Assembly (NCBI GenBank): GCA_964630425.1
Contig: CAZVVC010000001.1
Location: 1 to 45,225, forward strand
Direction: 5' to 3'
DNA length: 45,225 nucleotides
Source of the DNA: an uncultured Bifidobacterium sp.
GTDB lineage: Bacteria; Pseudomonadota; Alphaproteobacteria; SMXS01
How positions within the stretch are numbered: the first letter of the stretch is position 1; each line of letters starts with the position of its first letter. The translations under genes and the position numbers were made by a program. Below, piece after piece: positions 1-10,422 of this stretch. The notes beneath the pieces are model-generated. The model saw only the letters and a program-made list of their open reading frames with translations. It did not search any database and was not told the origin of the DNA.

Positions 1-2
1 GC

Positions 3-347
3 GCCGGCTTCCAGGCCGCCGCCGCCGACGTGCTGGCCGACCGCGCGCGCCGGGCCATGAGCCTCTTCGCCCGCCGGACCGGCGGCAATGGCGCGTTCGT
101 GATCTCGGGCGGCGTCGCGGCCAACCGCTATCTGCGCGCGCGGCTGTCGGCGCTGTGCGAGGCCGAAGGCTTCCCGATGGTCTGCCCGCCGCCGGCGCTG
201 TGCACCGACAACGGCGCGATGATCGCCTGGGCCGGCGCGGAACGGCTGAAGCTGGGGCTGACCGACGCGCTCGATGCGCCCGCCCGGGCGCGCTGGCCGC
301 TGGACCCGGATGCGCCGCCGGCCACGGGCGCCGGCGTCAAGGCATAG
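3..347 (+). CDS. tsaD: tRNA N6-adenosine threonylcarbamoyltransferase, C-terminal part (5' end outside window)
   Basis: The frame is open from the window edge (AGFQAAAADVLADR...). It has the Kae1/TsaD C-terminal motifs VISGGVAAN and LCTDNGAMIAWAG, the RARWPL tail, and lies upstream of gpsA. Confidence 0.95.
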   Translation, partial: AGFQAAAADVLADRARRAMSLFARRTGGNGAFVISGGVAANRYLRARLSALCEAEGFPMVCPPPALCTDNGAMIAWAGAERLKLGLTDALDAPARARWPLDPDAPPATGAGVKA

Positions 348-386
348 TTCCCCTGCCACGGGAAGAGGGAGTTCCGAAAGTCGGGA

Positions 387-986
387 CTAACGCTTCTGGA
401 GGCCGGACAGCAGGAGCTGGATGACGCCTTCCAGCTGCGGCTCCAGCTCGGTCAGCGAGCATTGCACGTGGAGCTGGGGATAGCGGAACTTCAGGGTCGC
501 GTCCTGGATGTAGGAGGCGGCCGCGTCCGGGTCCTCGATGGTGAACTCGCCCGCGTCGATGCCCGCCTTCAGGATCTGCGCCAGCAGGTCGCGCGAGCGC
601 AGCAGGTATTCCTGGGCCAGCATGGGACCCTTGCCCTGCGGGTCGCGCACCTGCTCCTGCAAGGTCGGATAGGTCTCGAGCTGGTCGTAGGTGAACTGCA
701 TCTCGCGCAGCACGAATTCGCGGAACTGGCCGGCCAGGGTCAGGTGGGGCAGGGCGAACACGGATTGCAGCGCCTGGAGCGTCTCGTCCATGGCCTCGCG
801 CATGATGACTTCGGCGATGTCCGCCTTGTTCTTGAAGTAGCGGTAGAGGTTGCCGGGCGACATGCGGCAGTCCGCGGCGATCTCGGCCACGTTGGTCTTG
901 CTGTAGCCGTACTGGCTGAAACGGCCGCCCGCGGCGTCGAGAATCCGGCGGCGGACGTCGTCCATGGATTTCAGGGTGCTTGCCAT
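387..986 (-). CDS. TetR/AcrR family transcriptional regulator
   Basis: 199 aa with an N-terminal TetR HTH: RRRILDAAGGRFSQYGYSKTNVAEIAADCRMSPGNLYRYFKNK. Confidence 0.93.
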   Translation of the reverse strand: MASTLKSMDDVRRRILDAAGGRFSQYGYSKTNVAEIAADCRMSPGNLYRYFKNKADIAEVIMREAMDETLQALQSVFALPHLTLAGQFREFVLREMQFTYDQLETYPTLQEQVRDPQGKGPMLAQEYLLRSRDLLAQILKAGIDAGEFTIEDPDAAASYIQDATLKFRYPQLHVQCSLTELEPQLEGVIQLLLSGLQKR

Positions 987-1071
987 GCGCCGACATTACG
1001 GACGCCTGATGAATCGCGCAATCGGGGATTTCGAACGCCGGTCATGTGTCTCCGCGCGGCGCCGGCGCGGC

Positions 1072-1100
1072 TTGCGGCGGCACCGGCGAGGGGGCATAAA
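1072..1100 (+). promoter_or_regulatory. Putative sigma70-type promoter of the gpsA operon
   Basis: TTGCGG-N17-CATAAA, followed by SD GGAGG at 1110-1114 and TTG start at 1122. Confidence 0.4.
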
Positions 1101-1121
1101 CACCGGATCGGAGGATCGCTG

Positions 1122-2114
1122 TTGCTGAATCACATCGGGATCATCGGCGGGGGCGCGTGGGGCACGGCGCTGGCCGCCAGCGCGGTGCGCGCGGGCCGGC
1201 AGGTCACGCTCTGGGCGCTCGAGCCGGACGTGGTCGAGGCCATCAACGGCACCCACGAGAACCCGGTCTACCTGCCCGGCATCGCGCTCGACCCGGCGCT
1301 GCGCGCCACCGGCGACGTGGCCGAGGCCGCGGCGGCGGACGCGCTCCTGCTGGTGTGCCCCGCCCAGCACATGCGGGCGGTCAGCGCCCGGGTGATGGAG
1401 GCGGGCGCCGAGGCGCCGCTGGTGATCTGCTCCAAGGGCATCGAACAGAAATCGTTGAGGCTGATGAGCGACGTGCTCGCCGACACCGCGCCCGGCGCGC
1501 CGCTGGCGGTGCTGTCCGGGCCGACCTTCGCCGCCGAGCTGGCGCGCAACCTGCCCACGGCGGTGACGCTGGCGGCCGAGGACGAGGGCCTGGCGAGGGC
1601 GCTCATCGAGGCGCTGGGCCACAACCGCTTCCGGCCGTACCAGTCGGGCGACGTGATCGGCGCCCAGATCGGCGGCGCGGTGAAGAACGTGCTCGCCATC
1701 GCCTCGGGCATCGTCGCCGGCGCGCGCCTCGGCGACAACGCGGCGGCGGCGCTGATCACCAGGGGCCTTGCCGAGATCATGCGCCTGGGCGAGGCGCTGG
1801 GCGGCCAGCGCGAGACGCTGATGGGCCTGTCCGGGCTGGGCGACCTGGTGCTGACCTGCGGCAGCACCCAGTCGCGCAACATGTCGCTGGGCAAGGCGCT
1901 GGGCGAAGGCCGCCGCCTCGCCGACATCCTCGGCGAGCGCCGCTCGGTGGCCGAGGGCGTCTACACCGCCAGCGGCGTCGCCGCGCTCGCCGCGCGGCAC
2001 GGCATCGACATGCCAATCTGCGCCGCCATGGACCGGGTGCTGAACCACGGGGCGGCGGTGGCCGACGAGATCGAGGGCCTGCTCAGCCGCCCGTTCAAGG
2101 CCGAGACCGTTTAG
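1122..2114 (+). CDS. gpsA: NAD(P)H-dependent glycerol-3-phosphate dehydrogenase
   Basis: Motifs GGGAWGTALA, CSKGIE, SGPTFA, GGAVKNVLAIA, GLSGLGDLVLTC-x3-SRN and VAEGV. The start is reset to TTG 1122 after GGAGGA because the ORF-track start at 462 overlaps the TetR gene. Confidence 0.97.
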   Translation: MLNHIGIIGGGAWGTALAASAVRAGRQVTLWALEPDVVEAINGTHENPVYLPGIALDPALRATGDVAEAAAADALLLVCPAQHMRAVSARVMEAGAEAPLVICSKGIEQKSLRLMSDVLADTAPGAPLAVLSGPTFAAELARNLPTAVTLAAEDEGLARALIEALGHNRFRPYQSGDVIGAQIGGAVKNVLAIASGIVAGARLGDNAAAALITRGLAEIMRLGEALGGQRETLMGLSGLGDLVLTCGSTQSRNMSLGKALGEGRRLADILGERRSVAEGVYTASGVAALAARHGIDMPICAAMDRVLNHGAAVADEIEGLLSRPFKAETV

Positions 2115-2122
2115 GAGGAACC

Positions 2123-2422
2123 ATGCTCTACATCATCCACGCGCCGGACAAGGCCGACTCCAGGGACCGCCGCGCCGCGACCCGCCCGCGCCATCTGGAC
2201 TACTGGGGCAAGGACGCGCCGCTGAAGGTGATCCTGGCCGGGCCGATGATCGACGAGGCCACCGGCGACATGAGGGGCTCGATGCTGATCGTCGAGGCGG
2301 ACTCGCTCGAGGCGGTCAGGAAGGCCGCCGAGGCCGATCCCTACTGGACCGAGGGCGTGTTCGAGCGCATGGACGTCTCCGCCGTGCGGCTGCCGCTGGG
2401 CCTGCTGGCGGAGAAGCTGTGA
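2123..2422 (+). CDS. YciI family protein
   Basis: MLYIIHAPDK...RAATRPRHLDY...LAGP...GSMLIVEADS...DPY. Strong SD AGGAGG. It is the C-terminal part of track ORF 1157..2422. Confidence 0.9.
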   Translation: MLYIIHAPDKADSRDRRAATRPRHLDYWGKDAPLKVILAGPMIDEATGDMRGSMLIVEADSLEAVRKAAEADPYWTEGVFERMDVSAVRLPLGLLAEKL

Positions 2423-2832
2423 TGGCGTACTGGCTGGTGAAGTCCGAGCCGGGCGCCTGGTCGTGGGACGATCAGGTGCGCGACAAGACCACGTCGTGGA
2501 CCGGCGTGCGCAACCACCAGGCGGCGCTCAACCTCAAGGCCATGCGCAAGGGCGACAAGGCGTTCTTCTACCATTCGGTGGACGAGAAGCGGATCGTCGG
2601 CGTGGTCGAGGTGGTGAAGGAAGCCTATCCCGACGACACCGATCCCAGCGGCCGGTTCGTCACGGTCGACGTGAAGGCGGTCAAGCCGGTGCCCAGGCCG
2701 GTCACGCTGGCCGAGATCAAGGCCGACCCGCGCATGGCGGATTTCGCCCTGGTGCGCCAGTCGCGCCTGTCGGTGGTGCCGGTGTCGGACGAGCAGTGGG
2801 CGATCCTGGCCGGGATGGCCGACCTGACGTGA
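2422..2832 (+). CDS. EVE domain-containing protein
   Basis: MAYWLVKSEP...WTGVRNHQA...GDKAFFYHS...RQSRLSVVPV. The start overlaps the yciI stop (TGATG). Confidence 0.95.
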   Translation: MAYWLVKSEPGAWSWDDQVRDKTTSWTGVRNHQAALNLKAMRKGDKAFFYHSVDEKRIVGVVEVVKEAYPDDTDPSGRFVTVDVKAVKPVPRPVTLAEIKADPRMADFALVRQSRLSVVPVSDEQWAILAGMADLT

Positions 2833-3209
2833 CGCCGCCCCGCGCGGAAAGCCTGGACGACATCCCCGGCGGCCCGCCCCTGGGCTCGGTGCTGTGCCGG
2901 CTCAGCGACCTGCCGCCGCGCGGGTCGAAGGCGTTCCGGTTCCGCGACGGCGAGCTGCGCTACGACATCTTCGTCCAGCGCTGGGACGGCCAGGTCCATG
3001 CCTGGCGCGACCAGTGCCCGCACCTGAAACTGCCGCTGGACTATCATCGCGGCCATTTCCTCGACGCCGAGGGCGCCAGCCTGCAATGCGCCCATCACGG
3101 CGCCCGCTTCCGCGTCCATGACGGCTACTGCTTCGAGGGGCCGTGCAAGGGCCGCTGGCTGACGCCCATCCGCATCGTCGTGCGCGGCGACGATATTCTG
3201 GTGAACTGA
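2829..3209 (+). CDS. Rieske [2Fe-2S] ferredoxin-like protein
   Basis: Ligand boxes CPHL and CAHHGARF, plus GYCFEGPC. The GTG start overlaps the EVE stop (GTGA). Confidence 0.88.
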   Translation: MTPPRAESLDDIPGGPPLGSVLCRLSDLPPRGSKAFRFRDGELRYDIFVQRWDGQVHAWRDQCPHLKLPLDYHRGHFLDAEGASLQCAHHGARFRVHDGYCFEGPCKGRWLTPIRIVVRGDDILVN

Positions 3210-3305
3210 GGGCAACCTTCCTGCGTTCATCGCTCACCCGGCTCTTGTCCCGTCGCGGTGACGGCTCCTATCATCCCTACCGATCAAGGAAGGGAGGTTC
3301 GGCAT

Positions 3306-5243
<1,938 letters not shown>

Positions 5244-5269
5244 AGGCGATCTGAAAGGACTCTCCGCCA

Positions 5270-5992
5270 ATGGAGCTACTGACGAATCCGGACGTGTGGG
5301 CATCGCTCCTGACGCTCACCGTCCTCGAGATCGTGCTCGGTATCGACAACGTCATCTTCATCGCTCTGTTGGTGCAGCGGCTGCCCGTCGAGCAGCAGGC
5401 CAGGGCGCGGCTGCTCGGCCTAGGCGGCGCGCTGATCATGCGCGTGATGCTGCTGTTCGCCATCGTCTGGCTGACCCGGCTCACCAAGCCTCTGTTCGAG
5501 CTTTTCGACCACACCTTCTCGTGGCGCGACCTGATCCTGATCGGCGGCGGCATCTTCCTGGTCGTCAAGGCGACCATCGAGATCCACCATTCGATCGAAG
5601 GCCATGTGGAGGAGCGCAAGCCGGGCGCGGGAGCCGCCTTCGGGCTGATCATCGCGCAGATCATGGCGCTCGACATCGTGTTCTCGCTGGATTCGGTGCT
5701 GACCGCCATCGGCATGGCCGAGCATATCGAGGTGATGATCGCCGCGGTGATGATCGCCATCGGCGTCATGCTGTTCGCCGCCGGCCCGATCTCGGACTTC
5801 ATCCAGAAGCACCCGACCACCAAGATGCTGGCGCTCAGCTTCCTGCTGATGATCGGCATGGCGCTGATCGCGGACGGCTTCGGCATGCACCTGCCGCGCG
5901 GCTACATCTATGCGGCCATCGGCTTTTCGGTGCTGGTCGAGATGCTCAACCTGATGATGCAGCGGCGCCGCGAGAAGAAGAGCGGCCGCTGA
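5270..5992 (+). CDS. TerC family membrane protein (short form, no CBS domain)
   Basis: Motifs LEIVLGIDN and DIVFSLDSVLTAIG in a hydrophobic 240 aa protein. Confidence 0.92.
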   Translation: MELLTNPDVWASLLTLTVLEIVLGIDNVIFIALLVQRLPVEQQARARLLGLGGALIMRVMLLFAIVWLTRLTKPLFELFDHTFSWRDLILIGGGIFLVVKATIEIHHSIEGHVEERKPGAGAAFGLIIAQIMALDIVFSLDSVLTAIGMAEHIEVMIAAVMIAIGVMLFAAGPISDFIQKHPTTKMLALSFLLMIGMALIADGFGMHLPRGYIYAAIGFSVLVEMLNLMMQRRREKKSGR

Positions 5993-5998
5993 GTCCCG

Positions 5999-6021
5999 GG
6001 CGGCGCCCCGTGGGCGCCGCC
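5999..6021. terminator. GC-rich hairpin between convergent TerC and MAPEG genes
   Basis: GGCGGCGCCC-CGT-GGGCGCCGCC, a perfect 10 bp stem with a weak U-tract. Confidence 0.6.
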
Positions 6022-6026
6022 TTCCG

Positions 6027-6422
6027 TCATCCGGTGAAGGCGCGGACGATGCCGACGAGGGTGATGCCGGTCAGCGTCAGGGTGGCCGCGAGGGTGACGA
6101 GCATGCCGGGACCGCGCTTGGCCGGGTCCCTCATATAGGTGGTGGCATAGACGATCCGGCCGGCCAGCCAGACCGCGCCGATCAGCCCGGTCCAGGCATC
6201 GCCCACCACGGCGACGGCCAGCCACAGCACCGGCAGGAACAGCACGAGCTGCTCGACGGTGTTGAGGTGGACGCGGAAGGCGCGCTCGAACAGGGGGTCG
6301 CCGCTGGTCGCGGGCGCGGCGACGCCGGTCTTGCCGCGCAGGGCGCCGACCCTGGCGCTCAGCAGGAAGGTGTAGAGAATCGCGGCGATGGTCACCAGCG
6401 CCGTCACCTTGGCCGTGATCAT
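6027..6422 (-). CDS. MAPEG family membrane protein
   Basis: 131 aa with FERAFRVHLNTVEQ and WLAGRIVYA motifs. Confidence 0.88.
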   Translation of the reverse strand: MITAKVTALVTIAAILYTFLLSARVGALRGKTGVAAPATSGDPLFERAFRVHLNTVEQLVLFLPVLWLAVAVVGDAWTGLIGAVWLAGRIVYATTYMRDPAKRGPGMLVTLAATLTLTGITLVGIVRAFTG

Positions 6423-6487
6423 GGACTGTCTCTCCCTCGTCCCGGCGGAATGGCCGGAAAGGGGATGATAGGCCGGAACGGCCGTTC

Positions 6488-6646
6488 CTAGAAGTCGGAC
6501 ACGATGCCGTTGCGCTCCCAGTCGCCGTAGCGGGTCGGCTCGGGGCCCTTCGGGCCGCCGATCTCCGCGGGCTTCTTCTTCGCCTCGGCCGGTTGGGCCG
6601 CGTCCTGCGCCGCGGCGCCGGGTTTCTTCTCGGGTGTGTCGTTCAT
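6488..6646 (-). CDS. DUF1674 (SDHAF4-like) small protein, 52 aa, absent from the ORF track
   Basis: Translated by hand: [69 protein letters not shown] is the family signature, and the gene is divergent from htpX. Confidence 0.92.
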   Translation of the reverse strand: MNDTPEKKPGAAAQDAAQPAEAKKKPAEIGGPKGPEPTRYGDWERNGIVSDF

Positions 6647-6671
6647 CTCGCCGAATCCCTCGAGAGGTTCA

Positions 6672-6700
6672 TTGAATGGAGGGAGACAATCCTTACATAT
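6672..6700 (+). promoter_or_regulatory. Putative RpoH (sigma32)-type promoter of htpX
   Basis: TTGAA at 6672-6676 and CTTACATAT at 6692-6700 resemble the alphaproteobacterial RpoH consensus CTTGAA-N15/16-CCTATAT. htpX is a known heat-shock gene. Confidence 0.5.
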
Positions 6701-6738
6701 CGGGAAGTTCGCAACTGTAATGAGCCGGACAACAAACG

Positions 6739-7599
6739 ATGAACTGGTTTCGCACCACCCTTCTGATGGCGGCGATGACCGCGCTGTTCATGGGCATAGG
6801 CGGCCTGATCGGCGGCGGCACGGGCGCCCTGATCGCGTTGCTGGTGGCGGGCGGCATGAACCTGTTCGCCTACTGGAATTCGGACAGGATGCTGCTGCGC
6901 ATGCACAACGCGCAGCCGGTGGACCCCCGCTCCGAGCCCGAGCTGTACGAGATGGTGTCCCAGCTCTCGCAGAACGCGGGCATCCCCATGCCCAAGCTCT
7001 ACATCGTCGACGAGGACCAGCCCAACGCCTTCGCCACGGGCCGCAACCCCGAGAACGGCGCGGTGGCCGTCACCACGGGCCTGCTGCGCCTCCTGAACCA
7101 TCAGGAGGTCGCGGGCGTGGTCGCGCACGAGATCGGCCACATCAAGAACCGCGACACGCTGGTCATGACGATCACCGCGACCATCGCCGGCGCGATCTCC
7201 ATGCTGGCCAACTTCGCCATGTTCACCGGCAACAGCCGCGACAATCCGCTGGGCATGATCGGCTCCATCGCCATGATGATCCTGGCGCCGATCGCCGCCA
7301 TGCTGGTGCAGATGGCGATCTCGCGCACCCGCGAATACGCGGCCGACCGGGCCGGCGCCGAGATTTGCGGCCGGCCCATGTGGCTGGCCTCGGCGCTGGA
7401 GAAGCTGGAGATCGGCGCCCAGCGCATCGGCAACCACAGCGCCGAGCAGAATCCGGCCAGCGCCCACATGTTCATCGTCAACCCGCTGCACGGCGGCACC
7501 ATGGACGGCCTGTTCACCACCCACCCGCGCACGGCCAACCGGATCGCCGCGCTCCGCGCCATGGCCGGCGCGGCCCCCGCACGCGGCCCCTGGGGCTGA
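6739..7599 (+). CDS. htpX: Zinc metalloprotease HtpX (M48)
   Basis: Motifs [16 protein letters not shown] (HExxH), [10 protein letters not shown] and LFTTHP. Confidence 0.97.
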   Translation: MNWFRTTLLMAAMTALFMGIGGLIGGGTGALIALLVAGGMNLFAYWNSDRMLLRMHNAQPVDPRSEPELYEMVSQLSQNAGIPMPKLYIVDEDQPNAFATGRNPENGAVAVTTGLLRLLNHQEVAGVVAHEIGHIKNRDTLVMTITATIAGAISMLANFAMFTGNSRDNPLGMIGSIAMMILAPIAAMLVQMAISRTREYAADRAGAEICGRPMWLASALEKLEIGAQRIGNHSAEQNPASAHMFIVNPLHGGTMDGLFTTHPRTANRIAALRAMAGAAPARGPWG

Positions 7600-7603
7600 C
7601 GCG

Positions 7604-7730
7604 CCAGAAAGAGCCGGTTACTCGGATTTCCTTCTCGGGGATTCTGCGAGCGCAGCGACGCAGAATCACGGTGGAACAGAAAGGCAAATGAAAGCGATGG
7701 ATCGGACCAGCCTGACCGGCTCTTGCTCTA
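7604..7730. repeat. MITE/CIR-like intergenic repeat, copy 1
   Basis: Terminal inverted repeats AAGAGCCGGTTA (7609-7620) and TGACCGGCTCTT (7713-7724), ending in TGCTCTA. An internal inverted repeat GATTCTGCG (7640-7648) / CGCAGAATC (7659-7667) carries two GANTC sites. Homologous to the reverse complement of 16770-16880. Confidence 0.7.
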
Positions 7731-8417
7731 TCGCTGGCTGACCAGCCCCAGCACGTCCGAGAGGATGAAGATCACGCTGACGACCAGGCCATAGACCACG
7801 CCCGACACCAGGGCGACCGAGGCGACGGCGGTCACCAGCCCCGCCAGGTAGACGATGCCGTCGCTTTCCAGCAGCGCCAGCGAGAACAGGCAGATGGCGA
7901 GCGCCGGCGGCATGTTGCCCAGCGGAATGGGCAGGAACAGGATCGTCGACAGGATCAGGCAGATGACGCCGGCGAGCTGGTCGAAGGGTTTCGCGGCCAG
8001 CAGGGCGAGGCGCGGCTTCATCCAGCGTTCCGCCCGGCGCATCACCGGCGCCGCGCGCGCGACGATCCTGGCGAAGTCGCTCAGCAGCAGCGAACGCTGC
8101 GAGATCAGCGACGGCAGCCAGGGCGTCGACCGACCGATGGCCAGTTGCAGGGACAGGAAGATCAGCGGGAAGCCCAGCAGGATCGACGTGCCCGGCGGCG
8201 TCGGCAGCAGGTTGGGCACCGCGAAGATGAACATCAGCGCCCCGAAGGCGCGGTCGTCCATGCGCGCCGTGATGTCGGCGATGGATATCCGCTCGTTCGG
8301 ATGATCCTCGGCGATCTCGGTCAGCACCTCGGACAGCCTGGTGCCGCGCGCACGGGAATCGCGTTCGGCGGAGGGCGGCGTCTGGTCGGTTCGGGGACTG
8401 TCTTCGGGCTGGCTCAT
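7728..8417 (-). CDS. exoD: ExoD family exopolysaccharide biosynthesis protein
   Basis: Motifs DRAFGALMFIFAVPNLLP-x-PPG and LPIPLGNMPPA...ESDG. The start is set at ATG 8417 (SD GGGGAA); 8435 is an alternative. Confidence 0.88.
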   Translation of the reverse strand: MSQPEDSPRTDQTPPSAERDSRARGTRLSEVLTEIAEDHPNERISIADITARMDDRAFGALMFIFAVPNLLPTPPGTSILLGFPLIFLSLQLAIGRSTPWLPSLISQRSLLLSDFARIVARAAPVMRRAERWMKPRLALLAAKPFDQLAGVICLILSTILFLPIPLGNMPPALAICLFSLALLESDGIVYLAGLVTAVASVALVSGVVYGLVVSVIFILSDVLGLVSQR

Positions 8418-8538
8418 GGGCGTTTCCCCAGCCATATCAGATCGCCGTGACGCTGTCTTTGCATGCTTCCGTTAAATCCTCGCGACACGCCCAAAGATCG
8501 CTTGAATCCGGGTCCGCGCCCCTCTACTCACATCGGGC

Positions 8539-9831
8539 ATGGACGTTGCCCGCCAGACAGCCCTCGCCCTTCTCGAGACGGTGCTTTCCAAGCGCCATGC
8601 CTTCGACGATTCGTTCGCCCGCGCGGTCGAGCCGCTGTCGCCCCAGGATCGCGGATTCGTCCGCCAGCTCTGCGCCACCGTGCTGCGCCGGCTCGGCCAG
8701 ATCGACGACCTGATCGACGGCTGCCTGCAAAAGCCGCTGCCGCCCGGCATGCCGGCGCCGCGCGACATCCTGCGCCTCGGCGTCGCCCAGCTCCTGTTCC
8801 TCAACACGCCGGCCCATGCGGCCATCGACACCTCCGTCAGCCTGGCCGACGCCCATGACGACAAGCGCGTCGCCAATTTCAAGGGCGTCATCAACGCGGT
8901 GCTCCGCCGCCTGTCGCAGGAAGGCGCGGCCAAGCGCGCCCGCCAGGACGGCCCCCGCCTCAACACGCCGAAATGGCTGTGGGACAGCTGGGCCAAGGCC
9001 TATGGCGGCAAGACCGCGCGCCAGATCGCCGAGATGCATCTCCGCGAGGCGCCGCTCGACCTGACCTTCAAGCCGGGCGTCGACCTGAAGCCGTGGGCGC
9101 AGAAGCTGGGCGGGCAGGTGCTGTCCACCGGCACCGTGCGGCTCGCGGCCGGCGGGCGCGTCGAGGAACTGGCCGGCTACAATGACGGCCTCTGGTGGGT
9201 GCAGGACGCGGCGGCGGCGCTGCCGGTGCGCCTGTTCGGCGACCTGACGGGCAGGACGGCCATCGATCTCTGCGCGGCGCCGGGCGGCAAGACCGCGCAG
9301 CTCGCGGCGGGCGGCGCGTCCGTCACCGCCGTCGACCGGGCGCCGCCGCGGATCAAGACGCTCAACATCAACCTGCGCCGCCTCAAGCTCGCCGCCGAGG
9401 TCGTCACCGCCGACGGGTCGACCTGGAAGCCGGCCGAGCCGGCGGACGCCGTGCTGCTCGACGCGCCATGCTCGGCGACCGGCACCATCCGGCGGCACCC
9501 GGACGTGGCGCTGCTGAAATCCGAGCGGGACATCGCGACGGTGCGGCCGGTGCAGGCCGAGCTGCTGAGGAACGCGGCCCGCATGGTCAGGCCGGGCGGC
9601 ACGCTGGTCTATTGCGTCTGCTCGCTCCAGCCCGAGGAAGGGCCGCAGCAGATCGCCGCCTTCCTCAAGGGCAACCAGGGGTTCAGCCGCAAGCCGGTGT
9701 CGCCGGAAGAGGTCGGCGGCCTCGCCGAGCTGATCACCCCGGAAGGCGACGTGCGCACCCTGCCCTTCCACCTCGCCGAGCAGGGCGGCATGGACGGTTT
9801 CTTCGCCGCCAGGCTGGTCAGGAAGGGCTGA
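8539..9831 (+). CDS. rsmB: RsmB/Sun family rRNA m5C methyltransferase with N-terminal NusB-like domain
   Basis: Motifs WVQDAAA, DLCAAPGGKT, LLDAPCSATGTIRRHPD, YCVCSL-x-PEEG and MDGFFAARL. Confidence 0.93.
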   Translation: MDVARQTALALLETVLSKRHAFDDSFARAVEPLSPQDRGFVRQLCATVLRRLGQIDDLIDGCLQKPLPPGMPAPRDILRLGVAQLLFLNTPAHAAIDTSVSLADAHDDKRVANFKGVINAVLRRLSQEGAAKRARQDGPRLNTPKWLWDSWAKAYGGKTARQIAEMHLREAPLDLTFKPGVDLKPWAQKLGGQVLSTGTVRLAAGGRVEELAGYNDGLWWVQDAAAALPVRLFGDLTGRTAIDLCAAPGGKTAQLAAGGASVTAVDRAPPRIKTLNINLRRLKLAAEVVTADGSTWKPAEPADAVLLDAPCSATGTIRRHPDVALLKSERDIATVRPVQAELLRNAARMVRPGGTLVYCVCSLQPEEGPQQIAAFLKGNQGFSRKPVSPEEVGGLAELITPEGDVRTLPFHLAEQGGMDGFFAARLVRKG

Positions 9832-9843
9832 TCCCCGCCCGTC

Positions 9844-9867
9844 CGTCATCCCGTCGCCGGGATGACG
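9844..9867. terminator. REP-like hairpin between convergent rsmB and bfr
   Basis: CGTCATCCCG-TCGC-CGGGATGACG, a perfect 10 bp stem. The arms match the GTCATCCCG...CGGGATGAC ends of a common alphaproteobacterial intergenic repeat. Confidence 0.65.
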
Positions 9868-9894
9868 TGGGAGGGCCGGGAGGCCAGAGTTTCC

Positions 9895-10377
9895 TCAGTC
9901 CCCGTCGCCGTCGCCCATCTGGGACTGGATGTAGTTCTGGATGCCGACCTTCTCGATCAGGTCGAGCTGGGTTTCGAGGAAGTCGATGTGCTCCTCCTCG
10001 GATTCCAGGATGTCCTCGAACAGCTCGCGCGAGATGTAGTCGCGCACCGTCTCGGCATGGGCGATCGCCTCGCGCAGCAGCGGGCACGCCTCCAGCTCGG
10101 TGTCGAGGTCGGCCTTCAGGATCTCGGCCACGGTCTCGCCGATTCGCAGCCGGTTCAGGTCCTGCAGGTTGGGCAGCCCTTCGAGGAACAGGATGCGGTT
10201 GATGAGCTTGTCCGCATGCTTCATCTCGTCGATGGACTCTTCGTACTCGTAGTCGCCGAGCTTGTTGAGTCCCCAGTTCTTCAGCATCCGCGCATGCAGG
10301 AAATACTGGTTGATGGCGGTCAGCTCATTCTTGAGGGCCGCATTGAGGAACTGGATAACCTTCTTATCGCCCTTCAT
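9895..10377 (-). CDS. bfr: Bacterioferritin
   Basis: MKGDKKVI...[22 protein letters not shown] (heme-ligand Met) and [19 protein letters not shown]. Confidence 0.98.
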   Translation of the reverse strand: MKGDKKVIQFLNAALKNELTAINQYFLHARMLKNWGLNKLGDYEYEESIDEMKHADKLINRILFLEGLPNLQDLNRLRIGETVAEILKADLDTELEACPLLREAIAHAETVRDYISRELFEDILESEEEHIDFLETQLDLIEKVGIQNYIQSQMGDGDGD

Positions 10378-10422
10378 GGCAACCCTCCTTTGTTGATTCT
10401 GGACGAGTAACGCTCAGACAAC

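Noticed and set aside
462-1121. N-terminal extension of gpsA in the ORF track; similar extensions on yciI, Rieske, oxidase, chorismate mutase, metW and phbA
   Set aside because: The extensions overlap real neighbouring genes. Internal starts with an SD or stop/start coupling match the family N-termini, so these are not fusions.
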